A stretch of 63,894 nucleotides of DNA, filler included, from Octopus bimaculoides (GCF_001194135.2; 5 parts of 4 records of this genome joined end to end with filler, not necessarily neighbours in it), one strand, 5' to 3'. Shown: positions 24,530 to 37,232, numbered from the whole stretch's first letter. Notes: a model not told the origin generated them from the letters alone. Translations and numbers: made by a program.

Positions 24530-25420
24530 TATTTCATCCCACTTTTGAGCTACCATTTATGCCCCTCCTTAGAAATACTTCTAATTGAAACCCATCCTGC
24601 ATTCTTAACATTATCCCCTATCACCTCACTTTCCACTGAAACCCTCTTATATCTGTCATAGATGCCAACCTTTGTCACTATATCTTCTATGTACCCCTAA
24701 CCTTCGTCTCTCACACCTGTCCCCAATTCACATCATCTCCTGATTTATCATCAGTCTTTACTATCCTGTTGCTCTCCACCAACACCCTTTTGTCTACAGC
24801 CACTCATCACCTTCTTCCTGAACCTTACCTTTCCCTCCAAACTGAAATTTACTATGGACCATGCTTTCACCTGTGCCCTCCATTCACCTCTAACCCCCCC
24901 TCCCCATCTCTAACAATCTGTCTCCCTTTTCACACTTGCAAACCTACCCATCTACCCATCCTTGATCCTCTATTCTTATTCCCTTTTATTTCCACCTTCC
25001 TTCCTAAACCTTGAGGTATGCCCTAACACCTCGTCATTACCATCTTTTCTCCCTTTCCAGCTCAGGTAGCCATGTGTCTCCTTTACAGCAACATGCCTGT
25101 GCCTCTTCTTCCTTCATCATGCTTTAGCCTTTCAACACCTGGCCCAAAGCCACCTCCCTCAATACTGTACCCCACCACATCAAGGGATCTTGTCTTGTGT
25201 GGTGTGTTTTTCGGTGACCTCATTCATGCTGGTGTCAGGAAAAAAAACAAAGCAATTGGTGTTAGGAAAAGCATCAAGCTGTAGAAACCATGCCAAAGCT
25301 GACATTGGAGCCCCACACAGTTCACTGGTTTGTCAGATCCTGTCAAACCATCAAACGTATGCCAGCAGGAAAGGTGAATGGGCTGGGGGGGGGGGGGCTG
25401 TTCAGCTCCAAAGTCTTTCA

Positions 25421-26195
25421 TTTACTTATTTCAGTAATTAGACTGTGGCCATGCTGGAGGACTGCCTTGAAGAATTGTTAGTCAAATGAATCAGCCCCAT
25501 TACTTTCTTTTTCTTAAGCTACATACGTATTCTATTGGTCTCTTTTGCCAAACCACTAAGTTACAGCGATGTAAACACACTAATACTGGTTATCAAGCAG
25601 TGATGAGAGACAAAAAAACACACGCACACATTATATCATCATCATCAACATTTAACATCTGTTTTCCATGCTGGCATGGGTTGAACAGCTTGACAGGAAC
25701 TGGCAAGGCCAGGGGCCACACCTAGTTCATACATGCATACACATACACACACACGTGCATGTCCACACGCACACACACACACACACGCATATCGTGGTTT
25801 CTATGGCTAGGTGCCCTCCTTATGCCAACCACTTTACAGAGTGTACTGGGTGCTTTGTATGTGGTACCATTGCTAGGGCTTTTTGTATGGAACTGGCACA
25901 CACATCAATGCTTTTTACATGGTACCCTGGATTTAGGATCTCAATTCTGCTGTGGTAGACGGGTTTCCTTGACTACAGCAATGCGCCACTTATCTTGGTC
26001 TCCTGTTATCTCCTTCATAAGGTTCTGCATTTTGAGATTGGTCTTCTTTCAGTTTCCATTTACCAAATCTACTCATGAAGCTTTGGTTGACCCAAGGCTA
26101 TGGTAGAGAAGACACTTGCCCAAGGTGCCATGAAGTGGGACTGAACATGGAACCATGTGGTTGGGAAGCAAGCTTCTTACCACACACTCATGCCT
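25421..26195 (-). mobile_element. tRNA-derived SINE family B/C with nested insertions in its central microsatellite
   Basis: 3' module at 25421-25630 and tRNA-like head at 26045-26195, separated by (CA)n and RTE-tail pieces. Confidence 0.75.
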
Positions 26196-26320
26196 AGCAT
26201 AGTTTCTAACACACACCATTTTACAGAGTAGGGAGGCACTAACACCCCAACAAACATATATAAATACATACATACACACACACACACATATATATACATA
26301 TACACATACGCTCATACATA

Positions 26321-27451
26321 CATCATCATCATCATCGCTTAACGTCCGCTTTCCATGCTAGCATGGGTTGGACGATTTGACTGAGGACTGGTGAAACCAG
26401 ATGGCTACAGCAGGCACCAATCTGATTTGGCAGAGTTTCTACAGCTGGATGCCCTTCCNNNNNNNNNNNNNNNNNNNNNNNNNNNNNNNNNNNNNNNNNN
26501 NNNNNNNNNNNNNNNNNNNNNNNNNNNNNNNNNNNNNNNNNNNNNNNNNNNNNNNNNNNNNNNNNNNNNNNNNNNNNNNNNNNNNNNNNNNNNNNNNNNN
26601 NNNNNNNNNNNNNNNNNNNNNNNNNNNNNNNNNNNNNNNNNNNNNNNNNNNNNNNNNNNNNNNNNNNNNNNNNNNNNNNNNNNNNNNNNNNNNNNNNNNN
26701 NNNNNNNNNNNNNNNNNNNNNNNNNNNNNNNNNNNNNNNNNNNNNNNNNNNNNNNNNNNNNNNNNNNNNNNNNNNNNNNNNNNNNNNNNNNNNNNNNNNN
26801 NNNNNNNNNNNNNNNNNNNNNNNNNNNNNNNNNNNNNNNNNNNNNNNNNNNNNNNNNNNNNNNNNNNNNNNNNNNNNNNNNNNNNNNNNNNNNNNNNNNN
26901 NNNNNNNNNNNNNNNNNNNNNNNNNNNNNNNNNNNNNNNNNNNNNNNNNNNNNNNNNNNNNNNNNNNNNNNNNNNNNNNNNNNNNNNNNNNNNNNNNNNN
27001 NNNNNNNNNNNNNNNNNNNNNNNNNNNNNNNNNNNNNNNNNNNNNNNNNNNNNNNNGAGACAGCCCAGGTGTACTGGCAACGATCTCGCTCGAAAAATTT
27101 CATGTGTCACCCGCACAAGAGCCAGTTCAGGGGCACTGGCAACGATCTCGCTCGAAAAATTTGATGTGTCACCAGCACATGAGCCAGTCCAGGGGCACTG
27201 GCAACGATCTCGCTCGAAAATCCTACGACGGCCACGCACAAGAGACAGTTCAGGGGCACTGGCAACGATTTCGCTCGAAAAATTTCATGCGTCACCGGCA
27301 CAAGAGCCAGTCCAGGGGTACTGGTAACGATCGCGCTCGAAAAATTTCATGTGTCACCCGCACAAAAGCCAGTTCAGGGGCACTGGCAACGATCTCGCTG
27401 GAAAATCCTACGACGGCCCCGAACAAGAGCCCGTTCAGGGGCACTGGCAAC
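26321..27451 (-). mobile_element. RTE-family 3' tail containing an expanded 62-bp minisatellite
   Basis: 26321-26458 matches the RTE tail ((CAT)n, gtttaacgtccgctttccatgc); 27058-27451 is tandem units homologous to the internal UTR repeat at about 21070-21200. Confidence 0.75.
27058..27451. repeat. Minisatellite, units 62/62/61 bp, higher-order period 185 bp
   Basis: 'actggcaacgatctcgctcgaaaa' starts at 27073, 27135, 27197, 27258, 27320, 27382 and 27443; N gaps on both sides. Confidence 0.95.
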
Positions 27452-27551
27452 NNNNNNNNNNNNNNNNNNNNNNNNNNNNNNNNNNNNNNNNNNNNTTAAT
27501 TAATTAANNNNNNNNNNNNNNNNNNNNNNNNNNNNNNNNNNNNNNNNNNNN

Positions 27552-27584
<33 letters not shown>

Positions 27585-29057
27585 CTATTTTATATTTGCA
27601 TTTATATATACACACACGCGCGCACACACATATATATATAATATGTCCATATTTGTTGCGTTAATGATTTAATTTATACGAATATGTAAATATCTGCATG
27701 TATCTACTGAAAAAAAAAAGTTACGTGCTGCATACAAACGCAGTGGACATTTGAAACAATAATATATTATTATATATATACATACAAATATATGTATATG
27801 TATATTCCTTTTATACATACTTATCTACTGCATACAAGTATAGTAATTAACCATTCGTGTTTCTCAATTCAGGTCAAGCAGTGTTGATGAAAAATGTAAA
27901 AGAGGAAACAAAAAGAAAATTCATATTTTTCACTGTAATGACGGATAGATTTCAAGAAAAGTTAAATTAATATCAGTAAGTTGTCTATATTTATTATATT
28001 CTCTAAAACAAATGCGTAAATTTTCTAAGATGTCATGAACATTTTGTAATATGTATTACATTTTTCGTGCTACAGCTAAACATTTCATGCAGCTCTGTAA
28101 AAATATTCCGTAAATTACAATAGATTTCACGCCGTGTATCACTGACGGCTTTCACGAATTATTGGTCTGATATTCATATGAGAATCAAAGGCCACATGGT
28201 AGCACAATCTTTAGCACACCGAATAAAATGCCCAACGGCATGTCGCACATCATTACCTTCTGAGTTCAAATTCTGCCGAGGTTGATTTTGTCAATCGTCC
28301 ATTGGTTTCGATAAAATGTATACTAGTTAAGTCCTGAAGTCGTTGTAATCGACTCCACCTAGATCAATGGTCTTCTGCCAAAACGTGGCATACATAAATA
28401 CATACATATATACATACAAACATACATATATGTATNNNNNNNNNNNNNNNNNNNNNNNNNNNNNNNNNNNNNNNNNNNNNNNNNNNNNNNNNNNNNNNNN
28501 NNNNNNNNNNNNNNNNNNNNNNNNNNNNNNNNNNNNNNNNNNNNNNNNNNNNNNNNNNNNNNNNNNNNNNNNNNNNNNNNNNNNNNNNNNNNNNNNNNNN
28601 NNNNNNNNNNNNNNNNNNNNNNNNNNNNNNNNNNNNNNNNNNNNNNNNNNNNNNNNNNNNNNNNNNNNNNNNNNNNNNNNNNNNNNNNNNNNNNNNNNTA
28701 TATATATATATATATATGATTAGAGGTTGTGTTAACCTCACCAAGGAATGGTGTCATACAAGGAAATGCTGGTTGGATACCTAATATTTTGGGGGAATTA
28801 ATTTCCTTAAAATAAAAGGTATATATATAACACATATAGTTTATATTCACATAAAAGACAAAAGAGAAAACAAAGATTTTGAAGTTAATTTATTATTAAC
28901 AATAAATCAATCAGTATCCCTTACAGTTGTTTCAATTAATATTCAGTGAATCTAATTAAATATGAAATTCATATGAACTCAGCATAGAATTTCCGGAAGG
29001 ATGTGTGTGGATGTATGTATGTGCATTTGTATATTATGTATTCATGTATATACGCAT

Positions 29058-29088
<31 letters not shown>

Positions 29089-29319
29089 CACACATATGTT
29101 TAAATCTGCGTGCGATTGTAGACATGTGTGCATAGACATTTGCCATTCTCATACGCAAACTCAGCCACCACAAATTTATAAAACGGTTAGAACAAATGTT
29201 TCCCTTGAAATGCTATAGAATAAACAAGATTATTGAATTTCATTAACCGATCATAATTAATTGACCAATATGCTTCTACATTAGTCTCTTCTTAGGGATG
29301 ATGGGCAAAAAGTGTAAAC

Positions 29320-29363
<44 letters not shown>

Positions 29364-29502
29364 NNNNNNNNNNNNNNNNNNNNNNNNNNNNNNNNNNNNN
29401 NNNNNNNNNNNNNNNNNNNNNNNNNNNNNNNNNNNNNNNNNNNNNNNNNNNNNNNNNNNNNNNNNNNNNNNNNNNNNNNNNNNNNNNNNNNNNNNNNNNN
29501 NN

Positions 29503-29559
<57 letters not shown>

Positions 29560-29901
29560 ATATGTATGCGTACGTACTTGCATATATACAAATTTTCTTA
29601 ACTTTATTCATACCTTCTAAACAAACATTCCATTCTTACCTTATTTAAATTTAAATTTCCTCTATCATCTCTATTTAATTTATTCATTTGTTACTCTAAT
29701 TCTATTTTCCTACTCTATCTCGTCTCCAGTCAACCTGCACACCGCTCTCCCGAACATATGAAAATATAAATCATAAACAGTATCATTTAGTCTGCTATAA
29801 TGAAGTCATAAATACATATAAAACATCCAAAAGTATATTTTTTTCCTATGAAGATATGTTCAGGTCATTTGAATTTAAAATTGAATTAGAGTCACTGAGT
29901 A

Positions 29902-30381
29902 CACTGGCCAACAAAATTAAATGTATTATACTCATTATGAATGCAGACAAACTATTTTAGAGTAATTTTTCATGCTTGTTTCAAATGTTCACTGCGTTTG
30001 TATGCAGCACGTGACAGTTTTTTCAGTAGATAAATGCAAATATTTACATATTCGTATAAATTAAATCATTAACGCAACAAATATGGACATTATTTTTAGA
30101 AAGTAAGTTTATTGAGTTAAAAAACATCACTATTATAATACAAGGCGTGAATACACAAAAAATAGGCCAGATAAAACGGATAAAGTTAGAACAGAGTTAG
30201 AAACATTGTGATTTTGATTTCTTGTGGTGTTCCTGATCTGGTAGATCATGGTAAAGCGTTTAGCCGTAGTCACCCAGCATACTGTCATTCCAGAAGCCTT
30301 GGTACCGTTTATCCATAGCACTAATGTTCTGGTTAATTATTTCACCATGTTCATTAGACAGACGCTGCTCCAAGGTCATCT
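29902..30381 (-). mobile_element. Chapaev3-like (CMC superfamily) transposon 3' end
   Basis: Reverse translation LSNEHGEIINQNISAMDKRYQGFWNDSMLGDYG* resembles the Chapaev3 C-terminal motif SDEHGERFHQDI..MEKRYQG.W...MLADYCW; CACTG-type terminus 'cactggccaacaaaatt' at 29902. Confidence 0.65.
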
Positions 30382-30514
30382 GCGAAACAATCCATATATA
30401 TATAGTAAATAAGTATGTATGAGAATGGGTCTCCTAGATACCAATACCTCTCAATGTTAATTGGTTCCCCTAGCCAACCTTTTCTATTTTCTCTCCTTGT
30501 TTATTTCTGTTTTC

Positions 30515-30550
30515 CTTTCTGTCGAAGAGCGTAGGCTCGAAACGTAAAAG
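30515..30550 (+). ncRNA. Minimal type I hammerhead-ribozyme-like motif (PLE type), degenerate
   Basis: cttt-CTGTCGA-a-GAGC gtag GCTC-GAAAC-GTA-aaag: stem I cttt/aaag, stem II GAGC/GCTC, palindromic ACGT stem III, GUA site; A6 is replaced by U. Confidence 0.55.
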
Positions 30551-30639
30551 ACTTTCTCACTTCCCGAGCGTTAAACTAATACATCTGTTTGTTGTTTACA
30601 CACCCGTCTTCTATGAGAATAATAATAAACATTATTTTC

Positions 30640-31750
30640 TATAATGCTATTCAATAAAGCCACCTTCAGTTTCACCAACTGCTTCTAAATCATCTACATA
30701 CTCGAATCAAGTGGTCCTGGTTCATTTTGGACATTACTCTGACTATAGCAGCTTTCAAAGAATCTTTGCTGTTATGGGCATTATCATTGATCTCTCTCTT
30801 AGCAACACTCCACATGTGATAGTCCAATGTATTGAGATCTGGAGAATTAAGACGCCAAATGTTAGGGGCTATGTGATCATGGAAATTTTCAGCCATTCAT
30901 TCCTGTTTTACTAGAGTCATGTGTAATATTGCACTGTCTTGCTGAAACACATATGGCTTTCTATTGCATACACTGTATATCCAGGGCTTAACAATTGTTT
31001 CCACGACCATAATGTATGCGGCAGAGTTAAATCTAAGGACTTGTGGAAAGAAGTAAGGAGGCATCACACATCCTTCATTGCTGACATCCCCTAAAATCAG
31101 GATAATTTCAGGAAATTTTGTATGCATAACACTTGGAACTTCAGAAGTGTCTACACATAACCATCTGTTATTTCTTCTGTTAAGTTTTTGATCTTAGTCG
31201 AAGTTTTTCTTGTTTGAGAAAAACCAAGTCAAATCTTCTGCTGGATTTTTCAGTTTGTTTAATAAAATTTTAGATCTGATGTAGTGATTTTCTTTTGCTT
31301 TTTCTGAGAAATTGTCCTTTCTTCATCATATTAGTCTTCTTTCAGATGTCTTCGTGGACAACATTTCTAACTGTTCCTTCTGACACGGGGAGATCTTTTG
31401 CAATCGACCTCATGATCTTTCTGAGATTGTAATCAATGGTCTGTCGAACTTGCTGGAGAAATTCTGATGAGTGTTCTGATTATTTCAGAGCGTTCAGAAT
31501 GCTTTTTATGCTTTGACACTGGTGATATGTTTCCATCTTCAGTCTCTAACTCCCTTACCAACTTTGTAGGCGAAAGATCTGACAACTTGTAAAACTTGAG
31601 ATATTTCTAAATAGCTATGCAATAACAGCATGCCTCTTCATTTCCTCAGTAAGTTATTATTATTTTCTGAAACAAAAATTATACAAAGTTAGCAAAGAAA
31701 TGCGGCAATGACCCCCAAATCGTATGTCCTCAAATAACTTACGCACCCTG
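30640..31750 (-). mobile_element. Near-full-length decayed DD37D (maT) Tc1/mariner transposon
   Basis: N-terminal HTH remnant (RSIAKDLPVSEGTVRNVVHED), FQQDSA..(37 aa, one W codon mutated to stop)..SPDLNTLDY; TA-flanked terminus 'cagggtgcgtaagttatttgagg' at 31750. Confidence 0.85.
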
Positions 31751-34120
31751 TATATATTGCGATATTTTCCACATGTTTTTAAATGCTTGGAGGCGGTGCT
31801 CGCATATCGTTTATACACTAACTAAAACCATACTCTATATATATGCTTTTAGTATAAATATTTTAATATGCGTTGCTAACTGGCTGTAACATGTATTAAT
31901 CAATTTAGCTGGCTTGTTATTGGAAGATGTTACAGACAAAACATAAATAAATGTCTATTGCGGTAGTATATAATTGTAATTGCAAAAAGCTTTGATGTCT
32001 GATGAAAGTAAATATCAATTTATTTGGCAATCGTTGTTTCTTTTTTACTTCTAATATATTCAACTATTATCATAGCTAGACTATAAGGGAATAAAACCAT
32101 AACATTCTATAATGCTGTCCAATAGGTTGGGTATATGTGAAAATCTCAGTCTAACGTACAATCGTATCAAGTGATGTTACTCACGTATCGGTCTCTGAAA
32201 TTAAAAATAACATATAACTTTAAATAGTAAGTTCAAATAATCTCTCAAGGCAAACTAAAACTTGGTGAATGTGCTTTCTTTTTGGCAGCTGTGAGAACCA
32301 CCCACGGGCCTCTTGCCCAGATAAAACTATTTTTTGTCCACAACATAGTACGGTAGATCATTGGACTGTAGTATGTTCAAACCTGTTCCAATCGACTCTA
32401 AAGTCAATATAAATATGACGCTAAGCAATAATCTGCCTAACTAGTGCTCATATATCATCTACGGTATATTCTAATATATANNNNNNNNNNNNNNNNNNNN
32501 NNNNNNNNNNNNNNNNNNNNNNNNNNNNNNNNNNNNNNNNNNNNNNNNNNNNNNNNNNNNNNNNNNNNNNNNNNNNNNNNNNNNNNNNNNNNNNNNNNNN
32601 NNNNNNNNNNNNNNNNNNNNNNNNNNNNNNNNNNNNNNNNNNNNNNNNNNNNNNNNNNNNNNNNNNNNNNNNNNNNNNNNNNNNNNNNNNNNNNNNNNNN
32701 NNNNNNNNNNNNNNNNNNNNNNNNNNNNNNNNNNNNNNNNNNNNNNNNNNNNNNNNNNNNNNNNNNNNNNNNNNNNNNNNNNNNNNNNNNNNNNNNNNNN
32801 NNNNNNNNNNNNNNNNNNNNNNNNNNNNNNNNNNNNNNNNNNNNNNNNNNNNNNNNNNNNNNNNNNNNNNNNNNNNNNNNNNNNNNNNNNNNNNNNNNNN
32901 NNNNNNNNNNNNNNNNNNNNNNNNNNNNNNNNNNNNNNNNNNNNNNNNNNNNNNNNNNNNNNNNNNNNNNNNNNNNNNNNNNNNNNNNNNNNNNNNNNNN
33001 NNNNNNNNNNNNNNNNNNNNNNNNNNNNNNNNNNNNNNNNNNNNNNNNNNNNNNNNNNNNNNNNNNNNNNNNNNNNNNNNNNNNNNNNNNNNNNNNNNNN
33101 NNNNNNNNNNNNNNNNNNNNNNNNNNNNNNNNNNNNNNNNNNNNNNNNNNNNNNNNNNNNNNNNNNNNNNNNNNNNNNNNNNNNNNNNNNNNNNNNNNNN
33201 NNNNNNNNNNNNNNNNNNNNNNNNNNNNNNNNNNNNNNNNNNNNNNNNNNNNNNNNNNNNNNNNNNNNNNNNNNNNNNNNNNNNNNNNNNNNNNNNNNNN
33301 NNNNNNNNNNNNNNNNNNNNNNNNNNNNNNNNNNNNNNNNNNNNNNNNNNNNNTATATATATACACATATATATATATACATATATATATATATACATAC
33401 ATATATGTCTGTATATATTGCTAGAAAGGACACAGTATTTCGTTCCGCGGTACACAATATTATGACTTATTTTTGTTTAAGCAGTGCGATATTTTCATTT
33501 GCGTTTTTCTTTTTTCTAGTTTATATCTACAGGTTTTCTATAGAATTCAGAGCCAGTAGAGAAACTTACGACGTTTCATGTGTGTGTGGAGTGGGGTGGA
33601 CTAGGTGTCTGCGTGTGTCTGCATATGTGGAAGCACACGGCTAACAAGTTAGGATGTTCCACTCACGATTTTATGATTGTAGTTTCGATTTCTGAAACAG
33701 ACGATGTATAGTGTTCTTGAGCAAATCACTCCGTTTATGTTGCCCAAGGATGCATGCAAATGAGAAAACGTGTAAAAACACATTCCGGTGAAGCATCATA
33801 TGTTTTATAATAATGTGACTCAGCTTCATTTTATATACGGACACTATCGGATGTCGTTGTACACCGCTTCTTCGCATTGTTGTACCTTTCGAATGATTTC
33901 ACTAAGCTAAAGAGGCGGGCGGGTTAACATTCCTCTTGAATAGAACACCAGTCTGTAGTAGATGAATGGACTGGAAAAAACAAGGCATGAAACATTTTGC
34001 ACAGGAACTCAAAACATTCTATATCTGGGAATCCATACCACAATCTTATGCCAGTGAGTGTAAACACTGGAATAAGCACATTCACAGACACATATATTCT
34101 CACTCAAAAACACACATATA

Positions 34121-34270
34121 CGACGGGCTTTTTTCAGTTTCTACTTACCAAATCCACTCACAAGGCTTTGGTTGACCCGAAAGTATAGAAGACATCGCCC
34201 CAACGTGCCACGCAGTCAGATTCGATCCGGAAGCATAAAGTTATGAAGCCAATTTCTTACCACACAGCCT

Positions 34271-34276
<6 letters not shown>
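34121..34276 (-). mobile_element. SINE family B/C, tRNA-like head
   Basis: cgacgggcttttttcagtttc..caaatccactcacaaggctttgg.. matches 56604-56765 and 56781-56940. Confidence 0.8.
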
Positions 34277-34304
<28 letters not shown>

Positions 34305-34507
34305 NNNNNNNNNNNNNNNNNNNNNNNNNNNNNNNNNNNNNNNNNNNNNNNNNNNNNNNNNNNNNNNNNNNNNNNNNNNNNNNNNNNNNNNNNNNNNNNN
34401 NNNNNNNNNNNNNNNNNNNNNNNNNNNNNNNNNNNNNNNNNNNNNNNNNNNNNNNNNNNNNNNNNNNNNNNNNNNNNNNNNNNNNNNNNNNNNNNNNNNN
34501 NNNNNNN

Positions 34508-34576
<69 letters not shown>

Positions 34577-35149
34577 ATATTCCGGATTTGTTATTGCTAA
34601 AAATCGACTAAAACACTTAAAAGCTATGCCCAAGTATTAGAGACTTTAAAAGAAAAATCTGTGTATATCTCTCTAAATATATGGTTGACGTACTTGAAAA
34701 TAGTATTGCAAATACTGGTTTTTATCGTGGCAAATTTGTTGTCCATCTAGCGTTTCCTATTGATTTATAGATCGTGCATGAATAGGCCATTATTACAGTT
34801 TTACTGAGCAAATCTCTCACTGTTACACATACACATGTGTTGGTAAATATGCATGAATACTGTAATTCAATATTCTTATTATACACGATTAATAGCTTAG
34901 TTTTAACAGGGTATGTTGTTACTTGACAATTTAGTTTCACATTGAATTAAGTGACAGGAATTAAGTTTCTTAGCATGGAGACAGTTATATGTTTAATATA
35001 TAATTTCATTATTCATACATGCTGTTGCAATCGTCGTCGTTCCTGCTTAACTCCAGAAGAACAACGATCTAGTAGACTATAATCAATGGTTTTCTATGGT
35101 AATTTTGTCTTTTATTCAGACGTGGCATATACCGGATTGTGTTATATAA

Positions 35150-35620
35150 CGGGTCCATTTTCGTTGATGTTCTTTTGGTTCTTACTAGCACTGAACGATC
35201 AGCGTTGTAATCAATGGTATTTAAACCATTTCCATCCTGGTGTATTGTATTTAGAACTAATTTATCGAACAAATAAGTTTCCATTTTCTAAGATTGTAGC
35301 ATGTGATTTAAGTGGGACTAGTCTACGATTTTCTTCAATGGCCATATATGTTCTATCTCAGTGGCTCATTTGCGTATGAGTAAAGTTTCGCTTGGAAATA
35401 TTTAATTTGTTGATCTTTTCCAGTGGTTGAAATACTAGGAGCAGCTAGCAACCATGCACCTGGTTGTGTTTATATGACCTCTTATAATTGTTCAACAGTT
35501 ACAAAAGTTCTTATCTTCGATGAACTCATCGTTGTCCATACACTAAATATTCTATTTCTTCCTGTAACTTGCACTGTAGTAATAAGCGTTTTGTTTTGAC
35601 CTAGTCTACTTGTCTACTTG
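35150..35620 (-). mobile_element. Possible highly decayed PLE GIY-YIG region
   Basis: Fragmentary peptides QCKLQEE..YGQ, LLNNYK, FQPLEKI, KMETYLFDKL..NTIHQDGNGLN resemble the PLE endonuclease C-terminus; many stops. Confidence 0.35.
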
Positions 35621-36155
35621 TTAAATTCATTTTGAGTTGGCGTCGAATAATCTTATTTCATTCAAAGAATCGCAGACACTTTTCATAAAGATTATCTGCA
35701 ATTTAGCGAGCACATTTTTTCCATGTTTTACATTTCTTTTTATGTTTTTGGTTTCGCTATTTTGTATTTGTGTGATATTTATCTTTCTTTCATCCTCATC
35801 TCGTTTATGGTTTTATTTATTGATTTCATCAAAAATTGAAAGATACATTCTTTTAGTTCTTTACATTCCATGTTATTTTATTAGATGTAGCGCTTTCTAA
35901 ATGAGAAATTTTGAGGCAATGCTTTTGTGTCCAGTGTTTTTGCTGATTTTGTTATATGATTAAATTTGGCGACGTTGAACTTAGCGTAAACTTTTATTTC
36001 GTCTTTGATGATAAAGTTGAAGTTTACAATGTTGCTGCTAAGAAATCGTTCGGCTTAAATTTTGGGAAAGTTTTTCATTGGTTCATAAAATGATCTAAAA
36101 TCGATTGAAATTCGTTAACTGTTTTCACCTTTAGAATAATGTCACTTTCAAATTA

Positions 36156-36408
36156 TTGGGTTGGTGCATAATTATTGCGGCTTTCTTACGACACATTTTA
36201 TTCTACAAAAGAACAATAACATTAGTTAACAAAAACATCTTTAAATGACGGTCTGACCATCTGCCAAGCAAATGGGAAGCAGTAATTGAAGTAAATGGTG
36301 AATATGTTCCGGAATAATCATTCAAGGATGTTCTTGCTACATGTTCTTATTGTTTTTGTTGAATAAAATTTGTTAAGAAAAAGCTGCAATAATTATGCAC
36401 CAACCCAA
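36156..36408 (+). mobile_element. mariner-derived MITE (Hsmar1/MADE-like TIRs)
   Basis: TA|ttgggttggtgcataattattgcggcttt ... aaagctgcaataattatgcaccaacccaa|TA; internal remnant DGL.HLPSKWEAVIEVNGEY. Confidence 0.9.
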
Positions 36409-36813
36409 TATTTATTTTTAGAATGCTGTAATGTTGAATATTTCCTGTCGCTATTCTTTATACATTCCTTTGTGTATTTCTTCATTTTCTGTTGTTAATA
36501 ATATTCTGTAGATAATTTAGGATATTTATTTCCTGGGCTAGTTATTTTGATTCTCATACACTAGTTTTATATTTTCCTTTAGATTTTCAATGTTTAAGGC
36601 TTTAATGATATTTCAATGTTTGTAATTTTTGTACCGTTCGTTTATGCATCTTAAGTATTTTGGCTTGTTTAAATTGAAGTTTCCTAAATTAGAGATTTAG
36701 ATCAGAATCCTATTCTTTCCAACAAATACACGTGCTGCTGTTTTAGAACACAATATATACGAAAACATACACATAGTGCCGTATTGCATTCCTCTCCTGA
36801 CTCCTTATGGCAG

Positions 36814-36911
36814 CTTCTTCTTCTTCTTCTTCTTCTTCTTCTTCTTCTTCTTCTTCTTCTTCTTCTTCTTCTTCTTCTTCTTCTTCTTCTTCTTCTTCTT
36901 CTTCTTCTTCT
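36814..36911. repeat. Perfect (TTC)n microsatellite
   Basis: Directly visible. Confidence 0.97.
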
Positions 36912-37084
36912 CACCATAATCTGCTACATTTCCGTGTTGCTGGTGTATGTGCAGCACTGTGTGTTCTTTTCTGTTGTTGTGAGGGTGCAAAATATTCCCG
37001 GTATTCCTCTCTTGATATTAACTTTCCTTTAGGCTGTATCACCCGAGTAAAGATCTGCTTTCCAATTTTCCATGATTTGGCAAA

Positions 37085-37232
37085 TTAAATCTCTTGATAG
37101 AATAAGTTCTAGGCTTCGAAAATAAGCCGTGGGTCGATTTGTACGACTTGGGGTCGATTTGTGGGTCGATTTGTACCCCTTTAAGGCGGTGCTTGAGCAT
37201 CACATTCAAATGGCTGAAAAAGTAAAAGAATA
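37085..37232 (+). mobile_element. SINE family B/C, 3' module
   Basis: gatagaataagt..gggtcgatttg..aaggcggtgct..cagcat..gaaaaagtaaaagaataa. Confidence 0.75.

Noticed and set aside
27058-27451. CRISPR-like look (constant ~31 bp plus variable ~30 bp)
   Set aside because: The 'spacers' are homologous to one another and recur every third unit; there are no cas genes and the context is eukaryotic.
27873-27975. Strong acceptor (ttctcaattcag) and GTAAGT donor pair
   Set aside because: All three frames contain stops; at best a non-coding exon, and indistinguishable from chance.
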